IMG/VR virus record: IMGVR_UViG_3300008110_000439
Span: 1-51,557 of that record
Direction: 5' to 3' (one strand)
Length of the DNA: 51,557 nt
Source of the DNA: a virus
Taxonomy: Duplodnaviria > Caudoviricetes
In this document: positions 1 through 6,413 of the stretch, piece after piece
How positions within the stretch are numbered: position 1 is the first letter of the stretch
Layout of the letters: the number at the start of each line of letters is the position of its first letter
Position numbers and translations under genes: made by a program
The notes under the pieces: model-generated
Database searches by the model: none
What the model saw: the letters and a program-made list of their open reading frames with translations, nothing else
What the model was told of the DNA's origin: nothing

Positions 1-182
1 CAAGCCGCAACGGTAAGGCTCAGCCACACCTGAACGGTAAAGCTCAGCCAAGCCGCAACGGTAAGGCTCAGCCACACCTGAACGGTAAGGCTCAGCCAAG
101 CCGCAACGGTAAGGCTCAGCCAAGCCGCAACGGTAAGGCTCAGCCACACCTGAATGGTAAGGCTCAGCCAAGCCGCAACGGT
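1..182. repeat. 24-bp tandem repeat array with two unit variants, truncated by the window start
   Basis: Units CAAGCCGC-AACGGTAAGGCTCAGC (A) and CACACCTG-AACGGTAAGGCTCAGC (B) in order A,B,A,B,A,A,B,partial A. Confidence 0.95.
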
Positions 183-410
183 TTAATTTATAAACCCTAC
201 CTCGTAACTTACACCGACACGTGCAATCGCATTGTCGCTAACACCTACTGCGCAGCAGTAAGGCTCAGTGACAGCTGCAATCGCACTTTTCCGGCATACC
301 TTACCGTACACCCCTATTTACAAACATTAGGGGCGCAGGCGCGGCCGCCAGGCGCCCCCGCGGGTGACGCTAAGTGGTGGTAGGGGAGGGGGTTTGTGGG
401 TAAGTGGGTG

Positions 411-509
411 TGGGAGTTTGTGTAAAAAAGAGTCTTAAGAACCCGAGGTTCCCAAGTCCCAAAATTTTTGGGAGTTTGTGTAAAAAAGAGTCTTAAGAAC
501 CCGAGGTTC
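411..509. repeat. 41-bp exact direct repeat with internal palindromes
   Basis: TGGGAGTTTGTGTAAAAAAGAGTCTTAAGAACCCGAGGTTC at 411-451 and 469-509; palindrome TCCCAAAA-T-TTTTGGGA at 457-473. Confidence 0.9.
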
Positions 510-653
510 GCGAGTTCCAAACTTTTTACAATAAGTATGAGTAAATTTACGTAAAGACACGCGGGCAAGATTCCGCAGCAGCATGTTATGTTTTGTGTGC
601 CCCAGCGACGTTAGAGCGTCCTGAGGCGTGATCAACCCAAACGGACTGAGCTG

Positions 654-1178
654 ATGACGAATACTGTACCTGCTAAGCAGGATGGGCAAGAGCTGCTTGA
701 CTTTACTGATGTACTACGTTACGAGCCTGATACGGGCAACTTCTTCTGGCTTGTGGACAGGCCACGTAGGACCAAGGCGGGGGACCAGGCAGGTTACTTA
801 AACAACAAAGGCTACGTAGAAATACGGTTTAATTATAAAACATATCAAGCACATAGAATTGCATGGTATTTACATACAGGCCAAGACCCTAAGGGATTCC
901 ATATTGACCATATAAACAATGACGGAGCAGATAACCGTTTCTGTAATTTACGACTAGCTACCCCGCAACAGAATGCTTGTAATACTAGAAAACGCGTCGG
1001 TACGGTTTCAGCGTACAAAGGTGTATCTTGGTATAGAGCAAAACAGAAATGGATAGCCCAGATAAGAGTAAATAATAAGGCTACGCATCTAGGTTACTAC
1101 GCTGATGAGTACGAAGCCCACGTAGCTTACTGCAGAGCGGCTCGTAAATACCACGGCGAATTTGCAAACTTTGGATAA
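654..1178 (+). CDS. HNH homing endonuclease with C-terminal AP2 DNA-binding domain
   Basis: YEPDTGNFFW, AHRIAW, IDHINNDGADNRFCNLR (HNH_3), YKGVSW...W.AQI...HLGYY..E.EA..AY (AP2). Confidence 0.9.
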   Translation: MTNTVPAKQDGQELLDFTDVLRYEPDTGNFFWLVDRPRRTKAGDQAGYLNNKGYVEIRFNYKTYQAHRIAWYLHTGQDPKGFHIDHINNDGADNRFCNLRLATPQQNACNTRKRVGTVSAYKGVSWYRAKQKWIAQIRVNNKATHLGYYADEYEAHVAYCRAARKYHGEFANFG

Positions 1179-1184
1179 ACACAG

Positions 1185-1206
1185 GGGCGCTGAGGCGCCC
1201 TTTTCT
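1185..1206 (+). terminator. Rho-independent terminator after the HNH gene
   Basis: GGGCGC-TGAG-GCGCCC followed by TTTTCT. Confidence 0.7.
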
Positions 1207-1225
1207 GTAATTTACTGGCGCCGCA

Positions 1226-1375
1226 TTAGGCATAGGCGGCCTCGATCTGCTCACCGCAGTGGGAGCAGTAGAGGTTGGTGTCTTCCCAGTTGACATCGAT
1301 AGCAATGACAGTCCAGCCGTCGGTGCCAGTGCTGAGCTGATCAGCTAGGCGTAGGGATTTGGATTGCGTGGTCAT
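1226..1375 (-). CDS. small hypothetical protein, 49 aa, not in ORF track
   Basis: Manual translation MTTQSKSLRLADQLSTGTDGWTVIAIDVNWEDTNLYCSHCGEQIEAAYA, one CxxC. Confidence 0.55.
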   Translation of the reverse strand: MTTQSKSLRLADQLSTGTDGWTVIAIDVNWEDTNLYCSHCGEQIEAAYA

Positions 1376-1409
1376 TAGTTGCTAAGGGGTAAGGGGAGCG
1401 GGATAAGGC

Positions 1410-1541
1410 TTAGCGGCGGGGCGGTCTGCCTAGGCAGCGCTGCAGCTTACGTTCCAGCGCCTTCATGCGGAGGGTGAGCAGGATCTGGCTGATGCAGAAC
1501 ATGGCGCAAGCCACGCTGAGTGCAGTAATGGGTGAGGACAT
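1410..1541 (-). CDS. small membrane peptide, 43 aa
   Basis: Manual translation MSSPITALSVACAMFCISQILLTLRMKALERK...; hydrophobic N-terminus; co-oriented with neighbours. Confidence 0.45.
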   Translation of the reverse strand: MSSPITALSVACAMFCISQILLTLRMKALERKLQRCLGRPPRR

Positions 1542-1564
1542 GGGGTGTAGTGCGGCCTAGCGGG

Positions 1565-1759
1565 TGAGACTCATGAGACTGGACTTGAGACAGCAATGCT
1601 TAGCTGCTTAGGGATGGGTTGGCGTAGCGGAAGAAGCTCTCTGCGGTTTCGTCGAGGGGGTCGACCGGGGAGAGGAGGTCTTCGCAGTTGTCCGCACCAC
1701 GACTAAGCAGGGTGGGGTAGGGCTGTGTGGCTGTCTCATTAGCTGTCTCATGAGTCTCA
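1565..1759. repeat. pair of 30-bp inverted repeats TGAGACTCATGAGAC-N6-TGAGACAGC
   Basis: 1565-1594 and 1730-1759 are reverse complements except for the N6 spacer. Confidence 0.85.
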
Positions 1760-1890
1760 CCTGGGAGGCTCACGCCCAACTCGTTACTTAGCCATTGCTG
1801 CACAGACTTAGGGGCGGTGCGGCCTAGGCGGGTAAGCACGTCGCGCATGAGTGCGAGCGCGATGTGGAGTGGCGTAATTGGTGCAGTCAT
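1600..1890 (-). CDS. hypothetical protein
   Basis: 96-aa ORF in the minus-strand cluster. Confidence 0.55.
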   Translation of the reverse strand: MTAPITPLHIALALMRDVLTRLGRTAPKSVQQWLSNELGVSLPGETHETANETATQPYPTLLSRGADNCEDLLSPVDPLDETAESFFRYANPSLSS

Positions 1891-1930
1891 TGGCGGAACA
1901 ACTTAGGGTCTGCGGAGTTGTGGTGCTGGT

Positions 1931-2116
1931 GTGCCTAGGGAGTGGGATAGCGAGGAGCGGGAACCATGGAATCCCAAGATTGCATCGATAATTAAGACTA
2001 TTGATCTACATAATGTGTACTACTTAAGTGGTGGCGGTGAACGCCACCTACTTATGGCGCAGATGCTACGGGAGTATATGTACGAATTAAAGGAGTGGCT
2101 AAGCGAGGCCAGTTAG
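1931..2116 (+). CDS. hypothetical protein
   Basis: 61-aa ORF (REPWN..I...IDLHN..YL) resembling small cyanophage proteins from recall. Confidence 0.55.
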   Translation: MPREWDSEEREPWNPKIASIIKTIDLHNVYYLSGGGERHLLMAQMLREYMYELKEWLSEAS

Positions 2117-2410
2117 ACGGTCCACGGTTGCGCGGTCCAGGTCTACAGCTTCGAGGACGGTGAGGGTGTTGTCGAGTTCATCGGCCGCGTAGACGTAGGT
2201 GTTGTCGAACCAGCCAAGGGTGCGGTAGAGGGGGCCGCGTGGGTTCTCTTGGCGGCTAAGCGTGGCGTGGATTGACCATTCGCTGGGAGCGATGTCTTTG
2301 AGGTAGGTGGTGCGTGCCACGTCCTGAGCCTCTTCAGGCGAGCTGGCTAAGACGAGGCACTCGCTAAGTAGTTCGACGGCGTAGAGGCGAAGGTTAAGCG
2401 GTGTGGACAT
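2099..2410 (-). CDS. hypothetical protein
   Basis: 103-aa ORF with VLASSPEEAQDVA motif. Confidence 0.6.
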   Translation of the reverse strand: MSTPLNLRLYAVELLSECLVLASSPEEAQDVARTTYLKDIAPSEWSIHATLSRQENPRGPLYRTLGWFDNTYVYAADELDNTLTVLEAVDLDRATVDRLTGLA

Positions 2411-2465
2411 TGGGGTAAGTACGAAAGTGGTAGGGCTTAATGGTGTGATTTAGCGGCTGCGCACC

Positions 2466-3236
2466 TTAACGCTTTAGCGCCAGCGCCCAGCGGGGTGCGC
2501 GGGTGGTGCTGCCTAGGTCAGCTTGGGCGGCGTGGCTTAGGTGCTTCACCACGATGCCGTCGGTGGGCCAGGAGCGGAACGTACCACCGCTTAGCCAGGC
2601 CGTGTGGAGCTGCTCGACCTCGGCCTGCTTAGTGCAGAGGAGGGTGTCGGGCACCTGGAAGGAAAGGCGGCTGAGTAGGTCGATGGTGGAGGTCTCGTCG
2701 GAGCGGGGGGTGTGGCTAAGGGGCGCGGTGTAAGCGCTGAAGTGGAGGCCGGTGCCGCTGAGCTGCTTCTTCCTTAGGGCGGCGGCGGGGGTGGATTGTT
2801 TGTGGTCGTCGGACCAGAGCTCGCCGGTCACGTCGAAGACGCCGCTGAGTGCTGTGGCGACACCGCTGAGGCGCTTGGGGATGTCGCTGATGAGGAGAGC
2901 CAGGGCCAGAGCACACTTACCGCTGCGGGTCCAGGCGGCTGTGAGGATGCCGTCTTCGTAGCGGAGGGCAAGGGCGATGCCATCGATCTTGGGCTGGACT
3001 ACGACGCCCACGGGCTTGGTGGCGTCCCACCAGTCACCTAGGTCGGAGCAGTCGAGACTTAGGAGGGCGGTGCCGCCGCCTGGTTGCTGGAGTTCGGGGG
3101 CGTGGGGGGCCACGCTGCGGAGCTGCGCGATGAGGGTGTCAAAGGCCTCGTCGCTCATCAGGGGCGTCCCAGCGCGGTAGGCAGCGTCGGCCTGGCGGAC
3201 TTGGTTGCGGAGCGATTCGACCGAAGCGGTAGGCAC
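2466..3236 (-). CDS. NAD+-dependent DNA ligase-like protein, domain Ia plus adenylation domain only
   Basis: Ia-like AY..GTPLMSDEAFD; motif I PKIDG; TRSG; motif III GE; motif IV PTDGIVVK; motif V PRWALALK then stop. Confidence 0.85.
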   Translation of the reverse strand: MPTASVESLRNQVRQADAAYRAGTPLMSDEAFDTLIAQLRSVAPHAPELQQPGGGTALLSLDCSDLGDWWDATKPVGVVVQPKIDGIALALRYEDGILTAAWTRSGKCALALALLISDIPKRLSGVATALSGVFDVTGELWSDDHKQSTPAAALRKKQLSGTGLHFSAYTAPLSHTPRSDETSTIDLLSRLSFQVPDTLLCTKQAEVEQLHTAWLSGGTFRSWPTDGIVVKHLSHAAQADLGSTTRAPRWALALKR

Positions 3237-3289
3237 AAGTGGTAAGGGGGTAAGGGGGTAAGCGGCGCTGGGGGGCGTTGCTTGAGATC

Positions 3290-3319
3290 AATGTAGCACT
3301 AGGTGGCGCGGCTGCGCAA
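3290..3319 (-). promoter_or_regulatory. putative sigma70-type promoter for the ligase-like gene cluster
   Basis: TTGCGC-18 bp-TACATT with TG extension on the minus strand. Confidence 0.45.
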
Positions 3320-3336
3320 GCGGGCGGCGCCGCGAC

Positions 3337-4059
3337 TTAGCCCATCGCATCCCTTAGGGCCTGGGTTAGGAGCGTGGGCAGTAGGCGGTCTGACGTGGCC
3401 TTGGTGCGGCCGTAGAAGTCGAAGATGGTGGGTACGGTGGGTTCCTTGGTGGTGAGGCGGAAGAGTAAGTCGAGTTTTCTGTTCTTGACTTGGTAGATGC
3501 CGTTGGACAGGTGGTTGGCGCGTCTGGAGGGCTTGCGGCGGTCGGGGACAGAGAAATAACGCGGGGCGTTTTTGCCGGAGCCCATACCGGTGTCGCTTTT
3601 GAGGGCAGTTAGCACTTGCTGGTACTGTCCGCGGGACATGTTTCCCTGGATGAGCCGTACCCCACGGCCTTTTAGGAAAGGGATGGCGTACATCGAAGGG
3701 TCGATGATGCCGTTCTTGCGTAGGGCGCGTGTGAAGCGGGTGATGTACGCAGGCTTACCGCCGGTGCCGTCCTCGGTGCTGACTGGATAGAGGTAACGCG
3801 CAGGATCCTGACCATCGGGACCGTCAGTGCTGATGCTTATACGCAGCTCTAGGCCGTCTGCGGCGTAGCGAGGGGAGCGCAGGGTGAACTGCACTGGATT
3901 AGCGAACTGCTCGCCCATGTACTGGGCAAGGTCTTTGCGCAGCTCGAAGCCCAGCTTCTGCATGCTGCGCTTGCCGGCGTAGGGCAGCTGCACCGACTGC
4001 AGCGCCGTGACGTAGCCGATAAGTTGGTCGGCCTGGAAGGTGATGGACTGGTTGGCCAT
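3337..4059 (-). CDS. phage protein, possibly of the virion morphogenesis/neck family
   Basis: 240-aa basic ORF; QLPYA...F.NPVQFT...FDFY pattern resembles a family usually found beside terminase genes. Confidence 0.5.
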   Translation of the reverse strand: MANQSITFQADQLIGYVTALQSVQLPYAGKRSMQKLGFELRKDLAQYMGEQFANPVQFTLRSPRYAADGLELRISISTDGPDGQDPARYLYPVSTEDGTGGKPAYITRFTRALRKNGIIDPSMYAIPFLKGRGVRLIQGNMSRGQYQQVLTALKSDTGMGSGKNAPRYFSVPDRRKPSRRANHLSNGIYQVKNRKLDLLFRLTTKEPTVPTIFDFYGRTKATSDRLLPTLLTQALRDAMG

Positions 4060-4084
4060 AAGGTGCGCAGCTAAGTGCTGGTGC

Positions 4085-4900
4085 TTAGGTGCTTAGCCCT
4101 GCCGCAAGCTTATCGAAGTACTGTTCGCAGCGTTCTAGATAGCGGTATTCGGCGCCACGCAGTTCAAGCTCACTCAAGGGTCTTAGGTCTACGGGACCTG
4201 CGCGGCGGGCGATGACGATGTAGGCAGCTTTAGCTTGTATACCAGTAAGGTGCTTAAGTCCGAGACTATAGGCACCTAACTGATCTGTGTAATCAACCAG
4301 CATAGCTTCGCTGCGTCGATTGAAGGATGATTTCCAGTCGACCAAGGTTGGGCCTACGCCTTGTACGTCTAATAGAGCATCACAAGTACCGGCAAAGCCT
4401 GCAGGGTGGTGAATACTGAACTCGATGGCGTGGATGGCTGTGACGTTCTCCTCAATCCACGCAAGGAGGGACCGCTTATACCCATTAGCGCTGAAGCCTA
4501 CCTTCGGTGCATTAGGAAGAACGCGCTTGAGGGCCCAGCGGGTGAGGGGAGCTGGGGCACGCAACAAGCCGTCAGGCTTCTCATAGATAGAGCCTTTCTT
4601 CTTAGCGGTTTGATCAGCAAGCTTCTTAGCAGCCCGGAGCACGTACTCAGCAGAGTTGTGCATGCGTGTGCCGCGTTCGGCTGCCGTGTCGCGTTCCACG
4701 GCAGCACGCTCTTCGCCAAGGCGAGCTACCCAGGCTTCGAGGGCGGTTTTGCTGTCGCTGGTTTCTTTGAGGATGCGGGTGACGCTGTGGTAAATCTCAC
4801 CGGCGCTGTCGCGGTAAATGCGCCCATTGGGGTCGGTCTCGTCGTCCCTTTCGAGCTGGGAGCGCTTAAGAGCGGCAAGGCGTTCGTTGGGCGTGAGCAC
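4085..4900 (-). CDS. PD-(D/E)XK exonuclease (MGME1/Cas4-like)
   Basis: YHSVTRIL, RGTRMH, FAGTCDAL, LVDWKSS, QLGAY motifs. Confidence 0.85.
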   Translation of the reverse strand: MLTPNERLAALKRSQLERDDETDPNGRIYRDSAGEIYHSVTRILKETSDSKTALEAWVARLGEERAAVERDTAAERGTRMHNSAEYVLRAAKKLADQTAKKKGSIYEKPDGLLRAPAPLTRWALKRVLPNAPKVGFSANGYKRSLLAWIEENVTAIHAIEFSIHHPAGFAGTCDALLDVQGVGPTLVDWKSSFNRRSEAMLVDYTDQLGAYSLGLKHLTGIQAKAAYIVIARRAGPVDLRPLSELELRGAEYRYLERCEQYFDKLAAGLST

Positions 4901-4940
4901 TAAGTGGGCGCGGGTAAGGGGAGCAGCGGATGGAGCGATA

Positions 4941-4969
4941 AAGAAAAAGCCCCCTAAGTGTGGGGGCTT
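4941..4969 (-). terminator. putative Rho-independent terminator
   Basis: AAGCCCC...GGGGCTT hairpin with an A-run on the plus side, giving a U-tract on minus. Confidence 0.55.
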
Positions 4970-4975
4970 GGCAGC

Positions 4976-5179
4976 TTATGTGAAACGGCTTGCCCACTCG
5001 CCACAGCCTTGAGAGCCGTGAACGACAGGCCAGAGGGTTCTGTAATTGGTGCCCTCTGGGAATGGGCCGCAAGTGGGAGCGTGGCGATGACACTCCCCCA
5101 AGGTGAAGGGAGGATCAAGGGATTGGTCCTCGAAGTGCCAGCCCCAGCGGCAAGTGCCGCAGATCTGGTGCTCCTTCAT
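4976..5179 (-). CDS. small Cys4 metal-binding protein
   Basis: CGTC...GECHRHAP...WP.V...GCGEW. Confidence 0.7.
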   Translation of the reverse strand: MKEHQICGTCRWGWHFEDQSLDPPFTLGECHRHAPTCGPFPEGTNYRTLWPVVHGSQGCGEWASRFT

Positions 5180-5180
5180 G

Positions 5181-5765
5181 TCAAGCCTTGTCTTCCTTGA
5201 AGGGATTACCGCCTACGAGGAGGCGCTCCAGGGCAAAGCCGGCAGCCTTGGCCTCTTCCCACTTAGCAGCAATGTTGGCGTCGGCGCCTTTCTTGCGGGG
5301 GACGGGGAGCAGCTTGTACTCGGTGTTGAGGCCGCTGCCTTCCTTACCCAGCGTGAAGTCCGTTGCGGTGAGGTCTTCGTAATCCTCGGTCTGGCTGATC
5401 GAGTCAAGTTCGCGGATGATCGACTTCTGGGTCAGGTTGAACACCTGGACCTCGTCCGCCTCGTAGTTGTAGACGGGCAGGGCGATGGCGAACTTAATGG
5501 CTTCAGGGCCGGTGCCTTCGCGGTTCTGGCGGCGGGTGAAGTCGCCGAGCTCGAGGGCGATGTCGTCGGGGGTGGGCTCTTGGGCGAAGCGGAAGGGCTT
5601 GGCCTTGCCGTCCGGGCCCTCAGCCCAGAGTTCGTAGTACTCGACCGGCTCGTCGCTCAGCAGGGCGAAACGGACGGAGGAGCCAGCAGCGATTTTGCTG
5701 GGGTTCAGGTAACCACCGCCTGCGCCGGCAACAGCGGCTTGGGCGTTCTTAGAGAGGAGAGCCAT
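5181..5765 (-). CDS. single-stranded DNA-binding protein (putative)
   Basis: Lies between primase and exonuclease; VYNY..DEVQV...TQKSI, G.GL.TEY.L.P, acidic composition, C-terminal GGNPF. Confidence 0.7.
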   Translation of the reverse strand: MALLSKNAQAAVAGAGGGYLNPSKIAAGSSVRFALLSDEPVEYYELWAEGPDGKAKPFRFAQEPTPDDIALELGDFTRRQNREGTGPEAIKFAIALPVYNYEADEVQVFNLTQKSIIRELDSISQTEDYEDLTATDFTLGKEGSGLNTEYKLLPVPRKKGADANIAAKWEEAKAAGFALERLLVGGNPFKEDKA

Positions 5766-5953
5766 GAGTGGGTTGTGGGGTTGTGCAGCAGGCAGTGCCG
5801 TGAGGCGGTGCCGAGTGCTTGAGAAGCTTAGGCGGGTGAGCGGGAAGCGGCAAGACGTAAGCCGTGGAGGAGGAACGGCTGAGGCGCTGCTGAGGCGCTG
5901 CGGTACTGGTGTACCACTGCTGAGCGGCGCTGCTTAGCAGCTCAGAAGCGTGA

Positions 5954-6377
5954 ACCCGTGAGTAACCCGTGAGTAGTGAATTCACGGGTCTGGCGAGGAC
6001 AAGAACCTAGTCATAGGAAGGGATTAGAGAGAAAAAGAGAGTAAACCCGTGAACCCGTGAACTGTTTTTCACCAGCTCTGCTGTCAGTCTCATCAATCTC
6101 ACCCCCGCTCCCCCGATTTTTTCCTTCCTAGGCGCTCACGGGTCACGGGTTCACGGGTTGCACCAGACCCATTCCGGCGCAATCGTTTTGCCCACTCACG
6201 GGTTGGATTCAGACCCGTGACTTTTTACACGGGTTGACAAGGCCAAAAGTTGCCCCTAAGCTGCGTCAAGCAGCTCGACACGAAGCCGAGGCGAGCCGCC
6301 AAGAAACGGTGTCTTGAGTGAGTCTCATGAGACAGCGCATTTTTAAGGCCTGCTAAGCTGCGTAAAGCAGCTCAACA
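5954..6377. promoter_or_regulatory. putative replication origin (iterons plus hairpins)
   Basis: Eleven ACCCGTGA/TCACGGGT copies in both orientations and two AGCTGC-N5-GCAGCT hairpin repeats in a non-coding gap just downstream of the primase gene. Confidence 0.65.
6234..6262 (+). promoter_or_regulatory. sigma70-type promoter
   Basis: TTGACA-17 bp-TAAGCT. Confidence 0.55.
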
Positions 6378-6413
6378 GGCCCGGCAAGCGCTACAGCTCA
6401 GCGACTTAGCCGC

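Noticed and set aside
1-182. CRISPR-like array (16-bp constant part plus 8-bp variable part)
   Set aside because: Spacers are only 8 bp and alternate between two sequences; no cas operon
314-689. Two minus-strand 84-aa ORFs sharing EPRVLKTLFYTNS
   Set aside because: The similarity simply reflects the 41-bp DNA repeat; no coding support
3240-3262. Telomere- or G-quadruplex-like GGGGGTAA repeats (also near 1383-1396)
   Set aside because: Only two or three G-runs; reads as a C-rich 5' leader on the coding strand and overlaps the TAAG bias
4085-4900. Cas4 / CRISPR adaptation gene
   Set aside because: Lacks the Cas4 Fe-S cysteines; context is a phage SSB-exonuclease recombination module
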